A stretch of DNA of 59,239 nucleotides. Source: a virus. Lineage: Duplodnaviria; Caudoviricetes. Below the pieces are notes generated by a model. That model saw only the letters and a list, made by a program, of their open reading frames with translations, searched no databases and had not been told where the DNA came from. The translations under genes were made by a program, and so were the position numbers. The stretch covers positions 1-59,239 of the IMG/VR virus record IMGVR_UViG_3300033153_005246. The stretch is one strand, 5' to 3'. Below, one piece after another: positions 9,461 through 18,799 of the stretch; position 1 is the stretch's first letter; the number at the start of each line of letters is the position of its first letter.

Positions 9461-10690
9461 TTAGCAAACCTCCTTAAGATATTTCATACTCTGCCCACAA
9501 GTAGGACAATCTTGTCCATCAATACTAAGATAATCCTCTTTTATAGATTTGTCAAGCTCTTTCAACGTTTTTTCATAAAGATCTATATTAGATAACATTC
9601 TTTCTAAATCCTTAGCTTCCCCATCTAATTCTTCTACTTTGTCAAATAAAGAAATAATTTCTGCCACATTACCTTTACACTTATCAATATCTGTATAGGA
9701 TTGGAGGCTTTTCTCATACCCTTCTATTCGCTCCACACAATCAAGTAGACTATTGTACTCTTTAACAATTTCAGTTTTGGAATCAAACAAAGTCAATAAT
9801 GCATCTACAGTAGGCTCATGAATTGTTGTTTTTATAATAGTATCTAATTCTTTTTCCCATGCAATGATATTATTCTTAACTTCTGTTAAAGCATACCCCT
9901 GTGAATCTAGTTCTTCTATTGTACTATATAAGTCCAGAATCTCGTTAGTAAGATCCAAATGGGTTGTACTATCACTTATTGTTTTAAGTTCCGTAGCGAG
10001 CTTCCTGATAGTACTCAAATGGATTATCAGTTCTTGTTGTTCCTGCCTCAAAGTATTGCTTTTGGTTTCTACAACAAAAAGATCTTCTATATCTTTTTCC
10101 ATCTGTTCTATGAAATCAAACTTACCAATCTCCTCATTATATTTTTTAAGATTAATATCAGAAGCATCCTTGTGTTTTTTAATCTGCCTAACAATCTTAT
10201 TGATATTAGAAATGGATTCATCAATATTTTCAAGACCAGCCATTTTATTGAGAGTCTTTGCTTTAGTAGAATCATTATCATTTAATAGAAAATGGGTTTC
10301 AAATTGATTTTGAATATTTATTTCATTCATACTAAATATTTTAAGTACATCATCAGGCACACCCTGATTGAAATTTCTAATAGGATCACAGTCATTTATT
10401 TGATAAAAATTATCTGTACGAGTTCTTTCTCTTCTGATAACTGAATTATCAAATAAATGTATTTCTACCCAACAGGATTCTCCTTTTTTAATTTTACCTT
10501 TACTGTCTTTGATTTCATTGGAGATATAATTATGAGATTGATTGTTATTGATTACAAAATCTATACCATGTAAACATTTTGATTTGCCAGAATTTCCAGT
10601 TCCTATAATAGTATTTAGCCCATTTACAAAATCAAATTTTTGAAATTTATAGCCCCCATAATTATTTAAGATTACTGTTTTAATTTTCAT
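9461..10690 (-). CDS. sbcC: SbcC/Rad50/gp46-like ATPase, N-terminal half
   Basis: Walker A GTGNSGKS, Q-loop, long coiled coil ending in the zinc-hook CPTC. Confidence 0.8.
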   Translation of the reverse strand: MKIKTVILNNYGGYKFQKFDFVNGLNTIIGTGNSGKSKCLHGIDFVINNNQSHNYISNEIKDSKGKIKKGESCWVEIHLFDNSVIRRERTRTDNFYQINDCDPIRNFNQGVPDDVLKIFSMNEINIQNQFETHFLLNDNDSTKAKTLNKMAGLENIDESISNINKIVRQIKKHKDASDINLKKYNEEIGKFDFIEQMEKDIEDLFVVETKSNTLRQEQQELIIHLSTIRKLATELKTISDSTTHLDLTNEILDLYSTIEELDSQGYALTEVKNNIIAWEKELDTIIKTTIHEPTVDALLTLFDSKTEIVKEYNSLLDCVERIEGYEKSLQSYTDIDKCKGNVAEIISLFDKVEELDGEAKDLERMLSNIDLYEKTLKELDKSIKEDYLSIDGQDCPTCGQSMKYLKEVC

Positions 10691-12465
10691 CCAATACTCC
10701 TATGAATTCATTATCACATCATACATTTTATCAACCCCACCAGAAATAGATCTATCAGGGAACAACATGTATTCAGGATTGGACATGAAAAATGAAAGTC
10801 TTGCATCTTTATCCAAAAATAAATTAATAAAAGAACGAATACAATAATACAATAAGTATTTATCCATATACCCACTGGCAGTAAATGTATCTTCCGATGT
10901 AAGTTCAATTCTACCCATGTCAGTATCTTCTACGATATCAATATGGTACTGATATTTCTTATCATTTGCAAACAAAGCATCCAGAGCTTCTACTGTTGTT
11001 GTAATAAATTTTGGATCGGCTTTATACTTCTCTATATTCTCCTTATAGTGCTCTTTCATATTTTTCCCTTTCAATTTCTACTGTGGTATTAAAGAATGTT
11101 CTAAAGAACTTAAAATCTTTAGAAAATACGAAAGTATCTTCTTTAAAATCTTTCTTATAGTCTTCTTTATATTCATTTAAACTATGGAAATCAGATGTGG
11201 ATGCTTTGGTTTTGCTTTCATAAATATTCACATACAGAGGAGTGATAACACAAATAACTGTTTCCCACCATGTGAGTTTCTTCATAAAGGTTTTATCTAT
11301 ACATTCATACACATCATCTTTATTATCACAAAGATTAGTGTTGATCATAGCATTTTTATCGCATCTAAACAATTCTGAAAAAATATCTTTATTTAATTCA
11401 AAATTCTTCCCATTAAAAGGACTCCTTGTAAGTACCTCAAATTTAATTCTATCATTTTCTCTAACATTATCTTTTACTTTTACAAATAACATGTATTTTC
11501 TCCTTTTATTTAGTCCATTTTGTGAAATACGCAAGCAGATCAAATTTGTACAGTTCTACAGCTTTTTTGGCTACTTCTTCCGAATAAAAATAAACAGTTC
11601 CAAAATCAGGATACTTTGTCTCTGAGATTTCTAAGGTACCATTATACCAATAAATAGCGTAGAAACACTTAGCATTGCCCTTCTGTTTGCTCTCATCAGC
11701 AAATCTCTGTAATTTCCTATGAAGATTCTGTGCAGAAGCAACTTCTTCTGCTTTTTCTTTTGATGTAAAGATGTTATCATGAATATCCAAGGCATGAGGT
11801 GAATAATGTGAACAGTTTGTACCTTCTACTATACCTGTTGCACTTATAGAATAAATATTAACATAATCATCTCCTGTATATCCCCATCCACTATCTTTCT
11901 TCATTTTTTCAAGAGAACTCTCCATTTCTTTTAATTTAGTCCTCATCTCTTCAATATTGTTTTTCATACTAGCAATATTATTCATTTTAATTTCTCACCA
12001 TCCTTCAACTTATCATATCCATCTTTACCATAAATAACATCGTTTAAGCAGTTTTCGTTTAAACAACATAAATCCCCATTAACATTATCCAAGATATCTC
12101 TACAATCAGGGCAAACAAACTTATTTCTAAAATCTGTTTTCTGATTCAACCATATATCACATATTTCCATTCTGGTGTAACACTTCATTTGCTTTCCTCC
12201 ATCTTTTCCCAAATAATACTTTCATTTTCCTGCACTACTTTCTCATATCTAATGTTCCCAATAAGTGCATCAATTTGTCCTTCTTTATAACCTTCTTTAT
12301 AACCACCTAAATAGAGTTTACTGTTAAAATCACCAGTAATAAAAACTAAAAGAAACAACTCCCCAAGAACCATCTGAAAAGAGTAATACTACTCCAAGCA
12401 TTCCAACAATACTAACTAGGACTAAAAAACTGACATATATTTCCTCCAATATTTAATATAATATA

Positions 12466-12494
12466 AATGTAACACATCATGTAATTAATGTCAA
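12466..12494 (-). promoter_or_regulatory. sigma70-type promoter
   Basis: TTGACA-17-TACATT with TG extension. Confidence 0.65.
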
Positions 12495-12582
12495 CACCTA
12501 AAATAAAAAAAATGCCATCAAATTAAAATATAAGTTTATCAGTCAAAACCTACACAATAACCCGATGGCTATAAATAATTAT

Positions 12583-12993
12583 TTATTTATTTCTATCTTT
12601 GAATGGGGAATACTCCCAAGATGTTTCTTTTAATAATATTTCATAAATCTCACTAAACACCCCTTTTCTAGTTCTATTCATTCTCTCAGCATCATGAAAA
12701 AAATTATGACATTGAGCACAAAGTAAAAGAACATCCTCTCTAGTTTCCTCAGCTAAATGATTGTAGTTGAGATGGTGCAGATGGAACTGCATTAATGGTT
12801 TGGGTTTCCTTTGTCCTTTTTTTGCACCTACTTTATAGAACCCCCATTTTGGCTTTAAGCATATTTCACATACACAATCGTCTTGCATATTAATAGTTTT
12901 ACGAAAAGAAACCCAATGTCTACTTTTAATATAATCTTTCCATAACATATTCTTTAATTCTTCGGTAGTAGGTGGGGGTTTACGTTTCCCCAT
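12583..12993 (-). CDS. HNH endonuclease
   Basis: CEIC...HLHHLNY...LCAQCHNFFH. Confidence 0.8.
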   Translation of the reverse strand: MGKRKPPPTTEELKNMLWKDYIKSRHWVSFRKTINMQDDCVCEICLKPKWGFYKVGAKKGQRKPKPLMQFHLHHLNYNHLAEETREDVLLLCAQCHNFFHDAERMNRTRKGVFSEIYEILLKETSWEYSPFKDRNK

Positions 12994-13179
12994 CTAATCA
13001 TCCTCATGTAACATATCATCTTGGTTTATTGTGAAATTTTTCTGTATATATTCAGGATCTGGGGAGTTTTTTATTATAGTATCTAAAAAGTAACGCATAC
13101 CATGTTCCTCTGTTCCATTGGAAGGGAACAATGCTAATTCCCCTTTGATTATTTCTGCTCTCATTTATTTACCCCTTAA

Positions 13180-14448
13180 TTATCTCATATCAATTTTTGG
13201 TCGGCGTTTTCTATTCTGAGGTTTATCTTTATTCTCTAAATAATCCCATTTAAGAGTAGCCCTTCTTGTCAATTCGTCTTCTAAATCATTATCTTCAATG
13301 TAAGTAATCAGATCATTAAAAGACATTACCCCGAATTGAGCTACAAACACCTTCATGGTATCAGAATTAGATGATAAATACTTTTTGATATTAGAAACCC
13401 TTAAATTACCACATTCTTCCTTAACAGCTTCTTCAATATTTTGATCAGCACAGAATTTTTTATAGTCCTCATTAGAAACCCCTTCAGTTCCGCTAATATC
13501 ATAAGGATCATAGGCATCATTCCACTTTAATGCATTCATTTTAGCAGGGATGTCTTTCCCATGCTCATCTAATAAATCATACACAAATAATAGATTGCTT
13601 CTTACGTTATCGAACCCTTTATCTATTATGATATCAACATACACCTTACGCTTTTCATACAAGGTTCTTGTCTTATCTAAGAAGACTTTAACACGATAAC
13701 CATAAGGACGATCTTTTGGTCCTATATCACTAACACGTGAAAGCTCAAATCTTTTACTGGCAGAGAACTTACTTGAATGCCCTCCAGATACAATATGTTT
13801 TTTACCAAATAACCCTGAATTCAGATTATCTCTGATCTGAGAAATGATCAAAGCATGGACATTGGATTCATAGCAGGGAATGGTAGCTTCTCGCCATAGC
13901 TCCCCAAGCTTTTTAGCACGATCCCCATATGTTCCTATATCTTTGGCTTCTCCATCTTTTTTATATTTCTTTCTTTGTTCATCTGTACGTCCTTTATCTG
14001 CTAAAGAATAAAGCTGATCCTGACTATCTGTAATATAGATTCCCACTTCGCCTTTAGATGGGTCTACAGTATCACAGAATTCCAAAATATCAGCTTTAAC
14101 AGATTCTATTATTGGGATATGAACATGGTTTTTTGATCCAACTAACGGATACCCATACCTATCTTCTGTATCAAATGAAAGACCTGCTTCAGCATCATTG
14201 TATCTATACTTGGTTTTTTTACCCCCATATTCAATCATTGCATTATATAAAAGTTCAACAGCAAATAAAGTTTTACCTGCTTTTGAATCAGAGAATATTT
14301 GAGATATACCACCAACATCCCATCCCCCCTGCATGGCTATATCTAAAAGATCTATTCCTGTGGGAATTTTCTTTTTGATAATTAATTTCCTACTTTTCTT
14401 TTCTTTCTTCTTTTCCAATATTTCCTCTTTTTCTTTTGTTGTTGGCAT
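13180..14448 (-). CDS. recA: RecA/UvsX-like recombinase
   Basis: IPTGIDLLD, Walker A SDSKAGKT, DAE, DS, ISQIRD and SGG motifs; start moved to MPTT behind a GGAGAGG RBS. Confidence 0.85.
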   Translation of the reverse strand: MPTTKEKEEILEKKKEKKSRKLIIKKKIPTGIDLLDIAMQGGWDVGGISQIFSDSKAGKTLFAVELLYNAMIEYGGKKTKYRYNDAEAGLSFDTEDRYGYPLVGSKNHVHIPIIESVKADILEFCDTVDPSKGEVGIYITDSQDQLYSLADKGRTDEQRKKYKKDGEAKDIGTYGDRAKKLGELWREATIPCYESNVHALIISQIRDNLNSGLFGKKHIVSGGHSSKFSASKRFELSRVSDIGPKDRPYGYRVKVFLDKTRTLYEKRKVYVDIIIDKGFDNVRSNLLFVYDLLDEHGKDIPAKMNALKWNDAYDPYDISGTEGVSNEDYKKFCADQNIEEAVKEECGNLRVSNIKKYLSSNSDTMKVFVAQFGVMSFNDLITYIEDNDLEDELTRRATLKWDYLENKDKPQNRKRRPKIDMR

Positions 14449-14485
14449 TACTACCTCTCCTATTATATGATTCGTTCGCAACTCC

Positions 14486-14509
14486 AAAAAGGGGGAGAAT
14501 ATTCTCCCC
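14486..14509 (-). terminator. Probable intrinsic terminator after the SSB gene
   Basis: Palindrome GGGGAGAATATTCTCCCC followed on the - strand by CTTTTT. Confidence 0.6.
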
Positions 14510-14522
14510 TCCCCTTTATCAT

Positions 14523-15599
14523 TTATTTCTTGTCATTCTTCTCGAAAGCTGCATCACATTCATCGTATAGAGGACAATCATCACTGCATTTCTTGGAGTC
14601 AATATCCTTTCCAAATGTTAAACCATCCACAGGACAAACTGGCTCAGAAGATTCTGATTTTGGAGCTTCTTCTGTTTCTCTACGTCTACCTCTCCTGCGT
14701 GTAGAAGCTTCTTCGTTTGCAGGCTCTTCTTTATCAGATCTTGATCGTCTACTGGATCTTTCTGATGGAGCATCTTTTGTTGCATCTTCTTTTTTGTCCT
14801 CACCAGCCTCATCTTCATCGTCACTATCATTTCCATAGAAAACATCACTTATTTCATCATAAGTAGAGATTTTAACCATAGTATCAAGTTTTGGGGCATT
14901 TTCAACATCTTCATCAGAATAACCTTTGCCTTTTTCTCTATCAACAAATGTAAATGATTTCACTTCACCTACTTTTTTTGAATCAAATGTAGAAGGTTCA
15001 AACTTAAATTCAATGGTTTTTCCATCCTCACTGCAATCTTCTAACAGGATTTCACTTCTTCTTGAATTACTTTTTGCCTGTGAATGTAGGTTTTTGGTAA
15101 ACCAATAATGGGAATATTCAAAAAGTTTGATTTTATCATCATCTTCAAGGTCAACTACGACAAAGAAACTTTTCTGAGAAGGACGCATGTTTCCAATTAG
15201 AGCTTTTAATTCGTCGGAGTTCCATTCTAAATCTTTGTTTTCTTCTCGTATACGATCATGCTCTTCACATATGGGACATGCCTTTCCATATGTTCTATTT
15301 GGGCAAACAAAGTTTCGTTTGTTAGGACCTATTGATTTATGGACATACAGATCGAGTTTGTAATCTTCCATCCAATCTTCTTCTTTAAGAATGGCATACT
15401 CAGGGTGTTTCTTAGATGTCACCACATATGGGAGAATATCAAAAGCATAATACACATCCAGTTCTGGTTTAACCCATTCCAGATCAGGATATTCTTTTGT
15501 ATCTAATACTCTGAAACTGTTCCCACCTTTTTTCTCACTGTCTCGTTTCTGCTTTGCAGCCATTCTTTCTCTTCTTTCATTACTAATACTTCTACTCAT
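14523..15599 (-). CDS. Single-stranded DNA-binding protein (T4 gp32-like)
   Basis: H...C...CPIC zinc motif, long charged C-terminal tail, adjacent to recA. Confidence 0.7.
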   Translation of the reverse strand: MSRSISNERRERMAAKQKRDSEKKGGNSFRVLDTKEYPDLEWVKPELDVYYAFDILPYVVTSKKHPEYAILKEEDWMEDYKLDLYVHKSIGPNKRNFVCPNRTYGKACPICEEHDRIREENKDLEWNSDELKALIGNMRPSQKSFFVVVDLEDDDKIKLFEYSHYWFTKNLHSQAKSNSRRSEILLEDCSEDGKTIEFKFEPSTFDSKKVGEVKSFTFVDREKGKGYSDEDVENAPKLDTMVKISTYDEISDVFYGNDSDDEDEAGEDKKEDATKDAPSERSSRRSRSDKEEPANEEASTRRRGRRRETEEAPKSESSEPVCPVDGLTFGKDIDSKKCSDDCPLYDECDAAFEKNDKK

Positions 15600-15784
15600 T
15601 TGTTTCTCCTTTAATAATTCTACTTATTTCACTTTTGTTTAGCATTGCTATTGGTTGGTCTTTATCACTTTGGTCTTCATTATTATAGAAATAATATATA
15701 TCATCTTCACATATTACATATTTTGCTTCTACATTAAATCTTTCTTTTTCAATTGGATATGTCACATATTTTGTTTTTGATTCT

Positions 15785-16318
15785 TTACTCATCTTTCTTT
15801 TTCCTTCTTCTTTTTCGTAGTTCTTCTCGATTGTCCATTTCCTCCTGTTTTTCTTTTAGTTCATTCATTTCTCTTACGTAATCACCTCCTTTCCTACTTA
15901 CATCTGTAGGTTCTGCAAAATAACCTGCTAAATATAGTTTTACTTCATCCTGTAAAGCATATTTTTTAACATCAAGTGCAGTAGTATAGTTTGCACAAAT
16001 ATCTAAATTCTTTTGAAGATCATTAAGTTCTTTATCCAATGTGAATAATTCTTCATCACTTTCTACGGCACTTTTGATTGCACCTACAGACGGCTTTTTG
16101 ATCACTTTTCCTTCGGAATCTTCAATACTTTTTTTCCCAGTATTATATTCCAAAGCAATCTGAGCTGTTCTATACTTAATATAAGATTTCTTTCGTCTTA
16201 CTTCATCAGCTACATCTGATTGTTCTTCTCCTGCTTTTCTTCTAATAGAAGATTGCTTTGCCCATTCTTTATCAAGTGCGTATAAATCCACTTCTGTTTC
16301 ATCTACGTGTTTTCCCAT
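15785..16318 (-). CDS. UvsY-like recombination mediator
   Basis: Helical protein ending 'KLYLAGYF'; sits next to SSB and RecA. Confidence 0.5.
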   Translation of the reverse strand: MGKHVDETEVDLYALDKEWAKQSSIRRKAGEEQSDVADEVRRKKSYIKYRTAQIALEYNTGKKSIEDSEGKVIKKPSVGAIKSAVESDEELFTLDKELNDLQKNLDICANYTTALDVKKYALQDEVKLYLAGYFAEPTDVSRKGGDYVREMNELKEKQEEMDNREELRKRRRKKKDE

Positions 16319-16333
16319 TCACTCTCCTTTATT

Positions 16334-16490
16334 TTATAGTATTCTCTTTGAACTTTTTTTATTTTTATCAATATTATCACACCAAACACCCCATAATTTA
16401 TCCAGATGTTGTAACTCTGGGTGGTCTAACAGAACATTCTCTCCCATGCTCATCTGTTTTCCATTTACTTTTACTCACTAGGGTGTACAC
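16334..16490 (-). pseudogene. Deleted relic of an endonuclease gene
   Basis: Two frames give 'KWKTDEHGREC' and 'VLLDHPELQHLDK', matching the two ends of the broken gene at 50758-51047. Confidence 0.55.
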
Positions 16491-16546
16491 TTTCTCCTTT
16501 ATTCAATTTCTTTTTATATATTCGAAAGTCTATATAACAACCGTTT

Positions 16547-17086
16547 TCATCTTAAATCTCCATCTCCGTTAATTACTCCCCGTTCTTTTCTATCCCATAG
16601 TTTTTCTATATTCATAGAAAGAACATCAGAAAAAGCAAAGTTCATACTGACACAGAACTTTATAATCAGAGTGTAAAGACTACTCATATAATACTCCAAC
16701 ATTTCCCTTCTGTTCTTTGTATCCGTTAATTCCCATTCATCGTCTCTGGCACATTTCTTTATAATACCAGCAATCTTTCCTGCACAAAATAGACCATCAT
16801 CTATTAGGTTGGTACCCATATTTAATGAAACTGCTTTAGAAGGTGGACGATATGGCTCATCCAAATTCTCTAATTCCACTTCATAATGGTATGAAAGAAT
16901 AGCCAGTGCATAGGTAATATCCCCCAGTTCTAACTTCAATAATCTCTCCGAATTACTTCCATGATAATGTTCTAAAAGTTCCACCAATTCATCTGTAATC
17001 TCTAATGTGCTACAAGCAATTTTCTCTTTATCCGACTTGTATGTGAGTGTCCTTTTACACTTCCTTTGATAATGCTCCCAATCCAA
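16547..17086 (-). CDS. mazG: MazG-like nucleotide pyrophosphohydrolase
   Basis: 'ELVELLE...LELGDITY' and C-terminal 'NIEKLWDRKERGVINGDGDLR'. Confidence 0.7.
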   Translation of the reverse strand: MDWEHYQRKCKRTLTYKSDKEKIACSTLEITDELVELLEHYHGSNSERLLKLELGDITYALAILSYHYEVELENLDEPYRPPSKAVSLNMGTNLIDDGLFCAGKIAGIIKKCARDDEWELTDTKNRREMLEYYMSSLYTLIIKFCVSMNFAFSDVLSMNIEKLWDRKERGVINGDGDLR

Positions 17087-17097
17087 TATTTACTCCT

Positions 17098-17865
17098 TTA
17101 ATCATATTTTTGTGAATATAGCCATATTAATTCTTTCTTCCCCAACGAATCCTGCCTTACTGATAAAGATGACAAAGGGTAATATTCCAAGTCTTTAAAT
17201 CTCTCTACTATTTCTGTATCACATATTATAAAATGATATGCTTTTGGATTCAATTTTTCAAAATTATATTCTATTGCACCACAATCTCCAGTACCTCCGT
17301 AACTTTTTATAGCTATGTTTGCCTTTTTCAGATCTTTAGTGAACTTAAAATCCTTGTGTTCAGCAGGAAGTACTACTTTCTTCCTCTTTGTAACTGTCCT
17401 CTCCCAGATCTGAAAAACACATTTTGCTTTCATAGATTCAGGATAAAAACTTCCAATAGGAATATCTTCCTGGTATTTTAGTACAAAATCCATAGATAGT
17501 CTGTTCTGCACGGACACTCTTTTAAATGTCCGTGGTAAAATAAAAGCAATAGTATCGGCAAAGGAAGAGGCGTGATTAAAAAATCTCACTGCTTCTTTCC
17601 CTCCTGTTCCGAAAGGTGGATTCCCCACAAGTAAATGCTTTCCTTTAGGAATAGAGTATTCATAAAAATCCTGCTTTATACCCGCATCTTCTTCTGGGTA
17701 TAAATCTAACCCGATGGTTCTTTTTGGAAGTATGGTTAAAAAAGAACCATTACCACATGAAGGTTCTATGATCGTTTCAAATCCAGCTACATCTACTAAT
17801 TCTGATAATACATCAACACAATATTTAGCTATTTCTGGTTTGGTATAAAATTTATCATTTTCCAT
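17098..17865 (-). CDS. N6-adenine DNA methyltransferase
   Basis: FYT, IEPSCGNGSF (motif I) and GNPPFG (motif IV). Confidence 0.85.
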   Translation of the reverse strand: MENDKFYTKPEIAKYCVDVLSELVDVAGFETIIEPSCGNGSFLTILPKRTIGLDLYPEEDAGIKQDFYEYSIPKGKHLLVGNPPFGTGGKEAVRFFNHASSFADTIAFILPRTFKRVSVQNRLSMDFVLKYQEDIPIGSFYPESMKAKCVFQIWERTVTKRKKVVLPAEHKDFKFTKDLKKANIAIKSYGGTGDCGAIEYNFEKLNPKAYHFIICDTEIVERFKDLEYYPLSSLSVRQDSLGKKELIWLYSQKYD

Positions 17866-18369
17866 ACTATATTAGATAGTCTCTTATTGTATTTGTGTCA
17901 ATAAAAGAAGTAAATTCTTTAACAAAGCCTTTAGCAACAGTACCATGATCAGGCATATTTGTGATGTTTTCCCAAACAACTTTACTTGACAATGCATATA
18001 GTTTAAGAGTTCCTTCGATGTAATTCATATGTACCAAAATATAAGTCTGAATATCCTCATCTGGGGTTACTTGTTTCAATCGTGCAATATCATCGTCTTT
18101 TACTGAAACTTTTACTTTGTAGTTCCCAAACTCTTCTGTGTAACCATCTCCTCCTTTTATTTCCATCGACGCTAATTCTTCGGCTACTAATTCTTTAATA
18201 AAAACCCCATATGCTTGTGAGGGCATATGGTATATCGAAGCAATTATTTTTTCTTCCAAAGAAGATGTCGTATTTTTAATTGTGTCTTTTATTTCTCCTC
18301 CCTGTGTCCTTCTGCGTTTAATTTCATTCATCATTTCTTTACTATCCATTATTATTCTCCTTTTATATA

Positions 18370-18398
18370 AGTATAACACGGTTTCCTGAATTTGTCAA
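18370..18398 (-). promoter_or_regulatory. sigma70-type promoter
   Basis: TTGACA-17-TATACT with TG extension; flanks nearly identical to the promoter at 18736. Confidence 0.8.
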
Positions 18399-18411
18399 GT
18401 ACTTTTATATA

Positions 18412-18484
18412 ACTCATGAGTGGGAATCGAACCCACGAATAAATGATTTGCAATCATTTGCCTTAACCACTTGGCTACCATGAG
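18412..18484 (-). tRNA. tRNA-Cys(GCA), 3' CCA not encoded
   Basis: Acceptor CTCATGG/TCATGAG, D arm GCC..TGG..GGC, anticodon arm AATGA-TTGCAAA-TCATT, T arm GTGGG-TTCGATT-CCCAC, U73 discriminator. Confidence 0.92.
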
Positions 18485-18517
18485 AAGCACCAGAACACTC
18501 TCTGGTAGAGATCCACT

Positions 18518-18719
18518 TAGGAATGGTAGGATTTTAACCTACATTGGTTTTAGGCTTTACATATAGTTTACAAGTCTGCCCTAATTGTTCTCAGACTAAA
18601 GGCTTACCAAAAACCTTGCATTAGAATTATACTAACTTTTGTTAGAAACTTAATCACCCAGATTTTTACTGTATTTTTAGACCACACTGGTGATGTATTT
18701 GACATTTCACCACATTCCT
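18518..18719 (-). ncRNA. tRNA-like structured RNA (about 202 nt) of unknown class
   Basis: Perfect 7-bp acceptor stem AGGAATG/CATTCCT, D-like arm, T-like arm GTAGG-TTAAAAT-CCTAC and several internal hairpins; lies just downstream of a strong promoter. Confidence 0.6.
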
Positions 18720-18735
18720 TACCCATTCTATACTA

Positions 18736-18764
18736 AGTATAACACGGAATTCGTTATTTGTCAA
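18736..18764 (-). promoter_or_regulatory. sigma70-type promoter for the RNA genes
   Basis: TTGACA-17-TATACT with TG extension. Confidence 0.8.
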
Positions 18765-18799
18765 GTACTTTTTTATTTTGATTGCATTTTGAGTACTTT

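Noticed and set aside
12185-12436. Possible frameshifted membrane-protein gene behind the 12466 promoter
   Set aside because: The RBS-linked ATG hits a stop after 4 codons at a T-run; cannot distinguish a pseudogene from sequencing error, and no function is evident
18518-18719. tmRNA or group I intron-containing tRNA
   Set aside because: No G3-U70 pair, no evident tag ORF, too short for tmRNA, and no group I core elements recognised; kept as an unclassified ncRNA
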